DNA of 32,830 bases from contig CAWHOE010000024.1 of assembly GCA_963830915.1 (NCBI GenBank), forward strand, positions 1 to 32,830, in the 5' to 3' direction. The notes beneath the pieces were generated by a model. The model did not search any database, had not been told where the DNA came from, and saw only the letters and a list, made by a program, of their open reading frames with translations. This document shows positions 1-10,534 of this stretch, piece after piece. A program made the position numbers and the translations under genes. Numbering within the stretch: position 1 is the first letter of the stretch; the number at the start of each line of letters is the position of its first letter. This DNA is from a candidate division FCPU426 bacterium. Its GTDB lineage: Bacteria; Oederibacteriota; Muellerivitia; Muellerivitales; Muellerivitaceae.

Positions 1-2076
1 ATAGATGCGTCTCCAGCATATCCTTGAAAGCATCTGTAACCCTCGGAAAATGTTCATCTATTTCTCGCCATGACCCTCAGTGAAATAGTAAGTCAGGTGG
101 GTGGTATCGTTCATCAAATTCAGGGTGGCGGTTAAACTGTCTTCTCCCTGGAATTTCGGTGTGGGCTGGCGGCCCTGCATGGCGTAGATGTCACATAATC
201 CCTTTGCAAGCACGTCCTTTTTAGTTTCCCCCGCCTCGAACACCACCGTGTCGCTCGGATGTACTCCCCAGCCGTTTCGCGTCCGAGGATTGAAGCATTC
301 ACATCCAAATGGAACTTAGGGGTCACCTTGGCGCATCCTCTAGGAGTTCCTGGGCCCTGCGGATCTCGGTCTGGACCTGGTTCTGCCTCTTGTTGCTCAC
401 GAACATCGCCCCATTCACGTCGGTGGTGAGTTTTTTAAGGATGTCCTTGGTCTGATCCGCCAGGGTATACATTCTGTTGGAGGTCAGGTCGAACCGGATG
501 GGATGGCGGGAAACGACATAATTGAGCCCCCCCACGATGCCCACCATGGCCAAGCCCACCAGGACCAAATTCGCCCTCACTATGGTTGATCGTTTTTTCC
601 CGACTTCCTCTACCTCGGTCAGGTTGGCCGCCAAGGGTACCCCCAGGGCCACCACTCCCAAGCCGACCAACAGGAGATTCCACCAATTGGTCGTGTCGAC
701 GATGAGGACGGAGAGAATACCCGGTCCCGCGACCAACAAGGCTAGTCCCGCGGAAAGGATGATCTGATTGTAGGTTCGGATACGAAATACCAGGGCCGTG
801 TTTTTCAAGGTCAGCTCCTCTTGCTTTCAAGCACTTTGACGGAGAAGAAAAGACCCAGGAAGATCAAGCTGGCGAAATAGAAGAAGTGCGTCAGGTCGAT
901 CACGCCTTTGAAGAAATCGTCCAAGTGGTTGAATACCGATACGTATTTCAACATGTCGCCCTTCGTCTGGATATTTCCCGCCGCGGCCCCGATGACCCAG
1001 AGCATCAGCAGAATGCCGTAGGTGATGACCGCCGAGACGATCTGGTTCTCGCTTAGGGTGGGATGCCAGTAATCCCAGGGAGAAAAAAGGTCATGGCCGC
1101 CAGGATGTGACCGGCCCCATATTGGGGTTACCCGTCGCCAGCATGATGATCAGATAGATGATGGTGGAGCTCAGCATGAGGCTGAAAAAGGCGCAAACCG
1201 CCAGATATTTTCCGATGACGATCTCCCACACGGTCACTCCGCTGTGCCGTTCTTTTCCTCTTCCGACCAGAGACGCATAGTGATCATGGGGGTCAGGAAC
1301 AGTAGAAGGATGACCGTGTTTTGGCAGGTCGCAAAATTACTGACTGACCGGGATTGAACGGCTGATCAGCCAAAAGAAGAACCTACAGCCACCAAATAGA
1401 TAAGGGCGAGGACCACAGGAATCCCTGATGGGCGAGGCGAAATAATGCCCTAGATCCTTCTCGATGATGGCCCACAGTTTCCGTGAGTTCATGCCGCTGT
1501 GTCCTTCGTGGTGAGTTTCAAGAATACGTTTTCCAGGCTCATTCCGATGGGGTTCATCCTGATAAATGACCGATTTGTTCTTGGCCACGCATTGGAATAT
1601 ACTAAAAATATGGCCAGAGATTTGTCGGTTTTCACGATCGTGGCGTTCCTGGTTTCTTTGCCCACGTTCGCCGTTTGACCGAAGCGATGGTTTTCAAGTT
1701 TTCGAGGGCCTTCCCCCCATCCGCGCCAGGCCCCTTTACCTCAAGTTCCAAAAGTTTCCGCCGGCCAGTCGTTGGGACAGGCTTTCCACGGAATCAACCG
1801 CCACGACCTTGCCTTGATCGATGATGACCACGTTATCGCAGGTCGAGGAAACTTCTGGCAAGATATGGGTGGAAAGGATGATGGTCTTATGACCGCTCAG
1901 CCCGTGGATCAGCTTTCGGATTCCCAGATCTCTGCTTGGGGTCCAGACCGCGGGTGGGCTCATCCAGGATCAGCACATCGGTATCGTGGATCAAGGCCTG
2001 GATCGAACAATCTTTTGGCGGGTACCGAGGGTCAAGTGACCGATCAAACGACGGCCCATATTGCCCAAGGAAATGC

Positions 2077-2662
2077 TTCCTTGGGCAACATGGGCCGTCG
2101 TTTGATCGGCCACTTGTCCCTCGGTTACCGCCAAAGGGTTGGATTGGCCAAGGCCTTGATCCACGATCCCGATGTGCTGATCCTGGATGAGCCCACCCGC
2201 GGTCTGGACCCCAAGCAGATATTGGAGATCCGAAAGCTGATCAAATCCCTGAGCGGTCATAAGACCATCATCCTTTCCACCCATATCTTGCCAGAAGTTT
2301 CCTCGACCTGCGATAACGTGGTCATCATCGATCAAGGCAAGGTCGTGGCGGCTGATTCCGTGGAAAGCCTGTCCCAACGACTGGCCGGCGGGAAACTTTT
2401 GGAACTTGAGGTAAAGGGGCCTGGCGCGGATGTGCAGAAAGCCCTGGAAAACCTGAAAACCATCGCTTCGGTCAAACAGCTGGGCAAAGAAACCAGGAAC
2501 GCCACGAAGTTCGAGCTGACCACCGACGGCACGATGGACGCGCGCGAGGAGATATTCCAATGCGTGGCCAAGAACAAATGGGTCATTTATCAGATGAACC
2601 CCATCGGAATGAGCCTGGAAGACGTATTCTTGAAACTCACCACGAAGGACACAGCGGCATGA
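2077..2662 (+). CDS. ABC transporter ATP-binding protein, GldA-like (5'-truncated by the fold-back)
   Basis: It has the ABC signature LSLGYRQR, Walker B VLILDEPT, H-loop LSTHIL and a C-terminal SLEDVFLKLT. Walker A is absent because the sequence turns back at 2073-2076. Confidence 0.9.
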
Positions 2663-3372
2663 ACTCACGGAAACTGTGGGCCATCATCAAGAAGGATATT
2701 GGGCATTATTTCGCCTCGCCCATCGGGTATGTGGTCCTGGCCGTATTTTATTTGGTGGCTGGGTTCTTCTTTTGGCTGATCGCCGTTCAATCCCGGTCGG
2801 CCAGCATGATCCCGGTCTTCCAAAACACGGTCATCCTTCTATTGTTCCTGACCCCCATGATCACTATGCGTCTCTGGTCGGAAGAGGAAAAGAACGGCAC
2901 AGCGGAGCTTTTGAGGACATCCCCCCTGACCCTGTGGGAGATCGTCATCGGAAAATATCTGGCGGTTTGCGCCTTTTTCGGCCTCATGCTGAGCTCCACC
3001 ATCATCTATCTGATCATCATGCTGGCGACGGGTAACCCCGATCTGGGGCCGGTCGCGGCCAATTACCTGGGTTACATCCTGGCGGCCATGACCTTTTTCT
3101 CCCTGGGATTACTGGCATCCACCCTGAGCGAGAACCAGATCGTCTCGGCGGTCATCACCTACGGCATTCTGCTGATGCTCTGGGTCATCGGGGCCGCGGC
3201 GGGAAATATCCAGGGGACCTTGGGCGACATGTTGAAATACGTATCGGTATTCAACCACTTGGACGATTTCTTCAAAGGCGTGATCGACCTGACGCACTTC
3301 TTCTATTTCGCCAGCTTGATCTTCCTGGGTCTTTTCTTCTCCGTCAAAGTGCTTGAAAGCAAGAGGAGCTGA
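2659..3372 (+). CDS. ABC-2 type permease, GldF-like
   Basis: The ATG overlaps the ATPase stop (ATGA). Motifs YFASPIGY, PMITMRLWSEEEKNGTAELLRTSP and IVIGKY are present, with ~6 hydrophobic segments. Confidence 0.9.
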   Translation: MNSRKLWAIIKKDIGHYFASPIGYVVLAVFYLVAGFFFWLIAVQSRSASMIPVFQNTVILLLFLTPMITMRLWSEEEKNGTAELLRTSPLTLWEIVIGKYLAVCAFFGLMLSSTIIYLIIMLATGNPDLGPVAANYLGYILAAMTFFSLGLLASTLSENQIVSAVITYGILLMLWVIGAAAGNIQGTLGDMLKYVSVFNHLDDFFKGVIDLTHFFYFASLIFLGLFFSVKVLESKRS

Positions 3373-3374
3373 CC

Positions 3375-4989
3375 TTGAAAAACACGGCCCTGGTACTTCG
3401 TATCCGAACCTACAATCAGATCATCCTTTCCGCGGGACTGCTGTTGGTCGCGGCCGGTATCTTCTCCGTCCTCATCGTCAACACGACCAATTGGTGGAAT
3501 CTCCTGTTGGTCGGCTTGGGAGTGGTGGCCCTGGAGTCTCTTGGCGGCCAACCTGACCGAGGTCAAGGAAGTCGGGAAAAAACGATCGACCGTTGTGAGG
3601 GCGAATTTGGTCCTGGTGGGCTTGGCCATGGTGGGCATCGTGGGGGGGCTCAATTATGTCGTTTCCCGCCATCCCATCCGGTTCGACCTGACCTCCAACA
3701 AGATCTATACCCTGGCGGATCAGACCAAGGACATCCTTAAAAAACTCACCACCGACGTGAATGTCTCGATGTTCGTGAGCAACAAGAGGCAGAACCAGGT
3801 CCAGGCCGAGGTCCGCAGGGCCCAGGAACTCCTGGAGGAATACGCCAAGGTGACCCCTAAGTTCCATTTCAAAGTTGTCGATGTGGATACCAATCCCTCG
3901 GACGCGAAACGGCTGGGGATCCATGAGTACAACACGGTGGTGTTCGAGGCGGGGGACAATCGAAAGGACGTGCTTCAAAGGGATTATGTGACCTACGCCA
4001 TGCAGGGCCGCCAGCCCACGCCGAAATTCCAGGGAGAAGGCGCTTTTACCGCCGCCCTGATCAAGATGAACGATACCACCCACCTGACTTTCTATTTCAC
4101 TGAGGGTCATGGCGAGAAGGAAATGAACAGTCCCCAACCCGAGGGTTACAATACTTTCAAGGATATGCTGGAGAAACAGAACTACACCCTGAAAACCTTG
4201 AATTTGCTCACGTCCCAGAAGATCCCGGATGACGCGGCCGTAATCGCCAGCATCGGGCCTCAAAAACCCTTCCAGCCTTCTGAAGTGAAGGCTTTGGATG
4301 ATTACTTGAAGAACGGCGGGAAGTTGGTCCTTTGCCTCGACCCAGTCGTGAAGACCGGCCTGGATGGGTTATTGAAAGAGTATGGGGTGAAACTGGATAA
4401 CGACTTGGTCGTTGATAACACCAGCTATGCCTTCCCCGATGTCCGGGCGGTCATTCCCCAATACCTCTACAGTCCGATCGTGGAAAAGCTCTCGGACCAG
4501 CATATCGCCACCATCATGGCTTTCAGCCGGAGCCTTCAGAAGGTCGAGCCCGCCCTGAAGAACGTCACCCAAAGCGTCTTCATGCAGACCACTGCCAACG
4601 GATGGGGTCAGACCAATCTCAAGGCCAAGACCTTGGGTTACCACGCGGGCGTGGACATCAAAGGACCTGTCCCGATGGCCATCACCTGCGAATGGTCGCC
4701 GTCGGATAAACCGACCCAAAAAACCAGGCTAGTGGTCTATGGAAATTCCAATTTCATGACGAACCAGTTCCTGGAAGGGCCGGGGAACCTGGATGTGGCC
4801 TTGAACACCTTCAGTTGGGCCGCGGTGGAGGAAAACAAGATCGACATCCATCCCAAGGAAGACAGCATGAGGGTGTTGAACTTGACGAATGTCTCCGCCA
4901 GCCTCATCTATTACCTCGTCGTCTGGATGCTGCCCCTGGCCATCCTGATCTCCGGCGGGATCGTTTGGTACCGCCGCCGTTCCCTATGA
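3375..4989 (+). CDS. GldG-like ABC transporter auxiliary component (apparent 2-nt frameshift near 3535)
   Basis: The TM-rich N-terminus (3375-) joins the 3541-4989 frame, which contains RFDLTSNKIYTL, YFTEGHGE, YLKNGGKL and a C-terminal TM ending WYRRR. The mirror copy (323-808, minus strand) reads through the junction in frame (VALGVPLAANL). Confidence 0.85.
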
Positions 4990-6365
4990 AAACCTTCCGT
5001 CCCGCCATCATCCTTTTCGCCGTCGCGGCCCTTTTGGGCGGCTATATCTATTTTTTCGAGCGCGGCCCGGTCAAACCGCAGGATGAGGAAAAAAAGGTCA
5101 AGATATTCCCCAACTTCATCGCGGATGATATCCAGGAAGTCCATGTGGAAAGCCTGGCCACCACCCAGCCCGCCCTGAAGACGCCGCTGGTCATCAAGAA
5201 AGACGCCCAGGGAGTCTGGCAGATCCAGGAACCCAAGCAGTTCAAGGCCGATGAGGTGATCATGAGGTCTTTACTCAACGGCGTGGGGGATTTCAACCCC
5301 GATAGTTCCATCGATAACCCGGCCCATTTGGCGGATTATGGGCTGAATAGCCCAACCGCCCGTTTTTCCTTCATCGCCAAAAACAATGTTTCCAACACTT
5401 TGCTGGTGGGTGATAAGAACGTCCCCGGAACCTCCTTTTACGTCAAGACGCCCTTCAAGAACACGGTCTATCTCCTGCCGGCTTTCTCGATCGATAACAT
5501 CAAGCGGACCGTTAATGATTATCGGGACCGCAACATTTTGAAAACCGATCCGGTCTCGGCCCAGAAGATACAGATCACTTACAACGGCAAGATCCTGGTC
5601 CTGGAAAAAGATAAGAACAACGTCTGGTACGTGAAATCCCCCGTTCTGGATAAAGCGGATGAGAACAAGGTGCGTGATTTCTTGAACTCGGTGAACAACC
5701 TCAGGATCGAGGATTTCGTCGAGGATAAGCCCGCCAACCTGGCGGTCTACGGCCTTTCCAAACCCCGTGCGGTGGTGGAGATCTGGCCCAACGGCGGGGG
5801 AGCCTCCACGGCCATCCTGATCGGGAGGCAAAAGCTCAAGACCAGCAATACTTTCATCAAGGTGAGGTCCTTGCCCTCGGTCGCCCTGATCGGCCAATAC
5901 TTCGAAAAGACCCTGGACTTCAAGGTCGCGGATTTCCGTGATAAGTCCGTCATGAAATTCGACGCGTCGTCCGCCCAAACCCTGACCATCCATCATAACG
6001 ACGCCACCTATGTTTATAAAAAAGGGGACCAGGGTAAATGGACCTCGGATGGCCGGGTCAAGGCGGATGATGAGGGGTCCAGCCTGATCGGTCTGCTTTC
6101 CGGTATGACCATCAATGACTTCGCGGATAAAAAGGCGGAGACCGGATTGGCCCATCCCTCCTTTACCGCAGAAGTGGCCTTGAAGGATGGGACCCTCCGG
6201 AAATATCGTTTCGGCAAAAGGGACAAAGAAGAGGTCTTTCTGCAATCGGACAAGACCCAGGATGTTTACCGCGTCGCGGCCAACGCCGTATCGCAATTGG
6301 AAGTCTATTTCAGTTCCATGTTGACGCCGGTCCCGGCCATCACGCCTACCCCCGTCAAAAAGTAA
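4986..6365 (+). CDS. DUF4340-domain membrane-anchored protein
   Basis: The ATG overlaps the upstream stop. An N-terminal TM is followed by three repeated modules (LADYGLNSP / LAVYGLSKP / ETGLAHP; YRDR / FRDK). This is the usual partner of GldAFG-like operons. Confidence 0.8.
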   Translation: MKTFRPAIILFAVAALLGGYIYFFERGPVKPQDEEKKVKIFPNFIADDIQEVHVESLATTQPALKTPLVIKKDAQGVWQIQEPKQFKADEVIMRSLLNGVGDFNPDSSIDNPAHLADYGLNSPTARFSFIAKNNVSNTLLVGDKNVPGTSFYVKTPFKNTVYLLPAFSIDNIKRTVNDYRDRNILKTDPVSAQKIQITYNGKILVLEKDKNNVWYVKSPVLDKADENKVRDFLNSVNNLRIEDFVEDKPANLAVYGLSKPRAVVEIWPNGGGASTAILIGRQKLKTSNTFIKVRSLPSVALIGQYFEKTLDFKVADFRDKSVMKFDASSAQTLTIHHNDATYVYKKGDQGKWTSDGRVKADDEGSSLIGLLSGMTINDFADKKAETGLAHPSFTAEVALKDGTLRKYRFGKRDKEEVFLQSDKTQDVYRVAANAVSQLEVYFSSMLTPVPAITPTPVKK

Positions 6366-6424
6366 GACCCACAAGAAACATTCCTTTTTCGACCGCCACC
6401 CCGCTTTTTACTTTTAGGGGCTCC

Positions 6425-6433
6425 TGCTATAGT
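6425..6433 (+). promoter_or_regulatory. Putative extended -10 promoter (TGcTATAGT) for tatC
   Basis: TG-N-TATAGT lies 7 nt upstream of ATG 6441. The -35 is weak and there is no Shine-Dalgarno. Confidence 0.45.
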
Positions 6434-6440
6434 GATTCCC

Positions 6441-7208
6441 ATGCCCGAAACGGATAAACCCTCCCAGCCCAGATATTTTTTCGACCATTTAATGGAGTTC
6501 CGAAAGGTGATCGTCAGGGCCCTGGCGGCCATCACGATCGGGGTCGGGATCGCCTTTTGGAAATCCGAACTGCTTTTCATCCTTCTCCTGAAGCCTTTCC
6601 AAACCGCCCTCGCCCAATTTCCCGACGCCCCGGTCAAGGGACTGCAAACCTTGATCCCGGTCGAGGCCTTCATGATCAACATGAAGTTGGCGACCTTCGC
6701 CGGGATCGTACTGGCCTCTCCTTTCATCCTGAGGGACCTGTGGTTTTTCGCACGCCCGGCCCTGAAAAGCCATGAGAGGGGAGCGGTGCTGCTGGTTTTT
6801 TCCCTGGGTCTCTTCTTTTTCCTAGGCGGGGTTTGTTTCAGCTATTTCGTCATCATCCCGCTGGCGCTCAAATTCCTCCTTCATTACAACCTGGACTACC
6901 ATTTCATCCCCCAATGGACCCTCCAGGGTTATTACAGTTTTGCCGTCAATTTCATCCTGATCTTCGGGTTGGTTTTTGAACTGCCCCTGGTCTTGGCGGC
7001 CTTGGTGAGCATCGGGGTGGCCACGCCCGCTTTCCTGATCCAAAAAAGGAAACACGCCATTTTGGGGATATTCATCCTGGCCGCGATCCTCGCGCCCAGC
7101 GCCGATCCGGTCACCCAGACCCTGGTGGCGGTCCCGCTGGTCGTGCTGTATGAGGTCGGTATCTGGCTTTCCTACCTCGCGGTCTGGCGGAAAAAGAAAA
7201 ATCATTGA
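6441..7208 (+). CDS. tatC: Twin-arginine translocase subunit TatC
   Basis: Motifs DHLMEFRK, PVEAF, FARPALKSHE, FGLVFELP, APSADPVTQ and PLVVLYEVGI, with six TM segments. The alternative start is GTG 6432. Confidence 0.93.
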   Translation: MPETDKPSQPRYFFDHLMEFRKVIVRALAAITIGVGIAFWKSELLFILLLKPFQTALAQFPDAPVKGLQTLIPVEAFMINMKLATFAGIVLASPFILRDLWFFARPALKSHERGAVLLVFSLGLFFFLGGVCFSYFVIIPLALKFLLHYNLDYHFIPQWTLQGYYSFAVNFILIFGLVFELPLVLAALVSIGVATPAFLIQKRKHAILGIFILAAILAPSADPVTQTLVAVPLVVLYEVGIWLSYLAVWRKKKNH

Positions 7209-7269
7209 TCGTCCCTTTGGATGTTTTTTTCGCGGGAACGCCAGCGCTTTCGCCCGACAAGCCCTTTCG

Positions 7270-7298
7270 TTGACATTTGCGATGGCAGGCATGATAAT
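7270..7298 (+). promoter_or_regulatory. Sigma-70-type promoter for the transaldolase gene
   Basis: TTGACA-N17-GATAAT, with a GGAGG Shine-Dalgarno before ATG 7342. Confidence 0.7.
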
Positions 7299-7341
7299 TC
7301 CAACGAGTTCAAACATTCCTTAAGGAAAGCGGAGGCTGACC

Positions 7342-8001
7342 ATGAAGTTCTTTCTCGACACGGCCAATATCGATGAGATCAAGCAAGGCGTCGCCTGGGG
7401 GATCGTGGATGGGGTGACCACCAATCCGACCCTGGTCGCGAAAGAAGGCGTCGATTTCCATTCCCGCATCAAGGAGATCTGCGCTGTGGTGAATGGGTCT
7501 GTTTCGGCCGAAGTAACGGCCACTGACTACGAAGGCATGATCAAAGAAGGACATGTCCTGGCCAAATTGCACCATAACGTGACCGTCAAGGTTCCCTTGA
7601 TACCGGAAGGGATCAAGGCCTGTAAAACATTGAGCTCCGAGGGGATCAAGGTCAACGTGACCTTGTGTTTTTCAGCTTCCCAGGCACTTCTCGCCGCGAA
7701 AGCCGGCGCCACCTATATCAGCCCCTTCGTAGGCCGGTTGGATGACGTGTCCCAGGACGGGATGCAGTTGATCCAGGAGATCATCCAGATCTATGACAAT
7801 TATGGTTTCCCTACCCAGGTCCTGGCCGCCTCGCTCCGTCATCCCCAGCATGTGGTCCAAGCCGCATTGATGGGATCCCACGTGGGGACCATGCCTTTCT
7901 CCGTCATGAAGATGCTCTTCAACCATCCCTTGACCGATATCGGGTTGAAACGGTTCCTGGAGGATTGGGAAAAGGTAAAAGACAAGGTGATGAAAAAATA
8001 G
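7342..8001 (+). CDS. fsa: Transaldolase / fructose-6-phosphate aldolase (small TalC/FSA family)
   Basis: Motifs [19 protein letters not shown] (Schiff-base Lys), [11 protein letters not shown] and HPLTDIGL. Confidence 0.93.
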   Translation: MKFFLDTANIDEIKQGVAWGIVDGVTTNPTLVAKEGVDFHSRIKEICAVVNGSVSAEVTATDYEGMIKEGHVLAKLHHNVTVKVPLIPEGIKACKTLSSEGIKVNVTLCFSASQALLAAKAGATYISPFVGRLDDVSQDGMQLIQEIIQIYDNYGFPTQVLAASLRHPQHVVQAALMGSHVGTMPFSVMKMLFNHPLTDIGLKRFLEDWEKVKDKVMKK

Positions 8002-8040
8002 CCGAACCTGGTTCGATCCCTCTTTCCGGCAAGGTGTTCC

Positions 8041-8268
8041 GTGCTTGATCTTTCCTTGATGGGTAAATATCTCCTCTGGACGGGGATCCTTTTTCTCGTC
8101 CTGGGGGGAGCGCTGTTGGCCTTCGGAAAGATCCCTTTTTTGGGCCGTTTTCCCGGTGATATCCATGTTGAGCGCGCGAATTTTTCCTTTTATTTTCCTA
8201 TCGTCACTTGCCTTCTTTTATCCGTCGTCCTTTCGGTCATCCTTTGGTTATTCAACAGGCTCAAATGA
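8041..8268 (+). CDS. DUF2905 family small membrane protein
   Basis: Motif LGRFPGDIHVERANFSFYFPIVTCLLLS with two TM segments, in its usual position upstream of spoIID/queA. Confidence 0.88.
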   Translation: MLDLSLMGKYLLWTGILFLVLGGALLAFGKIPFLGRFPGDIHVERANFSFYFPIVTCLLLSVVLSVILWLFNRLK

Positions 8269-9455
8269 AGCGATCCATCCCGACCCTATTCCTGCTGGCT
8301 TTTTTGACCGGATGCGCCACTCCGGAGCTCAAAGAAGAAGCCTTTCCCCGTGAGACCATCAACCCGACCCGCCCGGTCCTGCCCGCCGTCCGCCATATCC
8401 GAGTGGCGATCGTCCTACGGCAACCGTCCGTTCAACTGGTCTTTCCGGAAAACGACGAACATTATGGATTGCCTCAATCGGGAACCCCGGTCGCGGAGCG
8501 GGAAGAGGACCAACTCCGGGAATTGAAGTTGACGGCCGATAAGATCCAGGGCTCCCGGGCTGGCATCATCCCCAAGGACGAGAATGGGGAGATCAAGGTT
8601 AATGGGGAGAATTACCGGGGTTCCCTGGAGTTCATCCGGGAAAAGGACGGGACCCTGTCGGTCATCAACGACGTCCCATTGGAAGATTATGTGATGGGAG
8701 TGGTGGCCGGGGAAGTGCCACCCCAGTGGCCTTTGGAAGCCCTGAAGGCCCAGGCCATCGCCGCCCGGACTTTCGCGCTCTATAAGCAGCAGGAAGCCCG
8801 AAGGAAAGGGCAGGATTACGACCTGGAAAACAACGCCTTCTTCCAGATGTACCAAGGGACGGGCCGGATCAAGGATAGCGTCCGAAAAGCGGTCCAGATC
8901 ACCAAGGGAGAGGTCATGACCTATGGATCGTCCCCGATCATGGCTTTCTTCCATTCCAATTGCGGGGGAAGGACATCCTCCGCCAAAGAGGTCTGGGGTC
9001 AGGATAAGCCCTACCTGACTTCCGTCCCCTGTTCCTACGGCAACAATGGCAACCATTTTCGATGGACCGCCCAGATCCCCGTCGCTGAATTGGTACGGAA
9101 CCTTCGAAAGGCCGGCCTTAATATCTCGGATATCGTCCAGATCCGGGATTTGTCGCGGGACGAAAGCCAAAGGATCACCCAGGTCGGGATCATGGATTCG
9201 GATGGCAGGCTTAAAACCATCAAAGGGACCCTTTTTCGGCTGGCGGCGGGGCCGGACATCATTCGAAGCACCCATTTCAACGCCTCGATCGAGGGAAATA
9301 AAATATCCTTTTCGGGGAAGGGCTGGGGCCACGGGGTGGGTTTGTGCCAGGATGGGGCTTTCGGCATGGCGACCAAGGGCTACAATGCCTTTGAGATCCT
9401 CCGGTATTACTATCACGGGATCATGATCGAGAAGGCGAGAGACAATGAGAACTGA
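8265..9455 (+). CDS. SpoIID/LytB-domain lipoprotein (putative peptidoglycan lytic transglycosylase)
   Basis: Lipobox LTGC, plus LEDYVMGVVAGEV...EALKAQAIAARTF, FHSNCGG, GWGHGVGLCQDGA and EILRYYY. Confidence 0.92.
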   Translation: MKRSIPTLFLLAFLTGCATPELKEEAFPRETINPTRPVLPAVRHIRVAIVLRQPSVQLVFPENDEHYGLPQSGTPVAEREEDQLRELKLTADKIQGSRAGIIPKDENGEIKVNGENYRGSLEFIREKDGTLSVINDVPLEDYVMGVVAGEVPPQWPLEALKAQAIAARTFALYKQQEARRKGQDYDLENNAFFQMYQGTGRIKDSVRKAVQITKGEVMTYGSSPIMAFFHSNCGGRTSSAKEVWGQDKPYLTSVPCSYGNNGNHFRWTAQIPVAELVRNLRKAGLNISDIVQIRDLSRDESQRITQVGIMDSDGRLKTIKGTLFRLAAGPDIIRSTHFNASIEGNKISFSGKGWGHGVGLCQDGAFGMATKGYNAFEILRYYYHGIMIEKARDNEN

Positions 9456-10479
9456 TCTTTTTGATTACGATCTGCCGCAAGAACTGATCGCCCAGCAGCC
9501 GCTCCCCCAACGGGATGGGGCGAGGATGCTGGTCCTGGACCGCAAGACGGGCCGAGTGGAGCATAGCCGGGTGAAGGACCTTTCCCAATGGCTACTTCCC
9601 AACGACCTGATGGTCGTGAACCGGACCAAGGTCATTCCGGCCAGGCTTTTCGCCCAAAAAAGCGAGACGGGCGCGAAAGTGGAGATCTTTTTGCTTCGGC
9701 CCATCGCGGGAACGGGACCGGAGGAATGGGAAACCCTGATCAGCCCGGCCAAAAGGATCAAGGGCATCCCGATCCTGGACCTGCGCCCGAAAGGCAAGGC
9801 GGTGGTCATGGAGAATCTGGGGGAAGGGCACTTTATCACCCGATTCCTGGTCCCCGGTTCGTTCCGGTCCTTCCTGAACAAGCACGGGCATGTTCCGCTC
9901 CCCCCCTATATCAAAAGAGGCGACGACGCCAAGGACAGGGTCCGGTACCAAACGCTTTTCGCCCAAAAGGAAGGGTCGGTGGCGGCCCCGACCGCGGGGT
10001 TGCATTTCACTCAACCCCTTTTGAATGGCTTGAAAAAGAAGGGTGTCCGGCAAGCTTCGGTCATCCTCCATGTGGGGTTGGGAACCTTCCTGCCGGTCGC
10101 GACCGATGAGATCGAGGACCACGTCATGCATCCGGAAAGATTGGAAGTGCCCAAAGCGACCGTCGCCCAGGTGCAGAAGACCAGGGCCAAGAACGGAAGG
10201 GTCATCGCCATCGGGACCACTGTCGCCAGGGCGCTGGAATCGGCGTCCCAGGATGGGAAACTAAAAGCCATGATCGACGAGACCAGGCTTTTCATCAGCC
10301 CCGGTTATACCTTCAGGGAAGTGGATATCCTTTTCACCAATTTTCACCAACCCCGGTCTACCCTGTTGATGATGATCTGCGCCTTCGCGGGCAGGGAACG
10401 GGTGCTGGCGGCTTACCAGGAAGCGATCCGGGAAGGTTATCGGTTCTTTTCCTATGGGGACGCGATGCTGATCCTTTGA
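9445..10479 (+). CDS. queA: S-adenosylmethionine:tRNA ribosyltransferase-isomerase
   Basis: Motifs FDYDLPQELIAQ, PLPPYIKR, GSVAAPTAGLHFT, LHVGLGTF, TNFHQPRST and YRFFSYGDAMLI. Confidence 0.97.
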   Translation: MRTDLFDYDLPQELIAQQPLPQRDGARMLVLDRKTGRVEHSRVKDLSQWLLPNDLMVVNRTKVIPARLFAQKSETGAKVEIFLLRPIAGTGPEEWETLISPAKRIKGIPILDLRPKGKAVVMENLGEGHFITRFLVPGSFRSFLNKHGHVPLPPYIKRGDDAKDRVRYQTLFAQKEGSVAAPTAGLHFTQPLLNGLKKKGVRQASVILHVGLGTFLPVATDEIEDHVMHPERLEVPKATVAQVQKTRAKNGRVIAIGTTVARALESASQDGKLKAMIDETRLFISPGYTFREVDILFTNFHQPRSTLLMMICAFAGRERVLAAYQEAIREGYRFFSYGDAMLIL

Positions 10480-10534
10480 AGATCAGTAGAGAATGATCCG
10501 GAGCTGTCCGCTTGTGATCGATAAAATAACGGAA

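Larger units (their letters stand above)
11..4173. repeat. ~2.1-kb inverted duplication (fold-back); degraded left arm 11-2072 mirrors right arm 2077-4173; probable sequencing/assembly artefact
   Basis: The turn reads TTGCCCAAGGAA-atgc-TTCCTTGGGCAA (2061-2088). Bases 11-44 match the reverse complement of 4141-4173. Minus-strand ORFs 323-808, 811-1005, 1337-1588 and 1736-1963 are broken copies of the + strand genes, with many indels, e.g. a 19-nt deletion near 1236 relative to ~2908-2926. Confidence 0.95.

Noticed and set aside
58..1963. Minus-strand ORFs resembling a second, divergent ABC operon or pseudogene cluster
   Set aside because: They are fragments of the fold-back mirror of 2077-4173.
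1772..2076. N-terminal ~100 aa of the 296-aa ORF, suggesting a novel ATPase fusion
   Set aside because: It is antisense sequence of the same gene read across the fold-back junction.
2077..4989. Gliding-motility function for the Gld-like genes
   Set aside because: GldAFG-like ABC modules with DUF4340 partners are widespread in non-gliding bacteria, and no other gliding or T9SS genes are present.
8003..8015. CGAAC-CTG-GTTCG palindrome resembling a Gram-positive LexA box
   Set aside because: The spacer is 3 nt rather than the required 4, and the downstream genes are not SOS genes.
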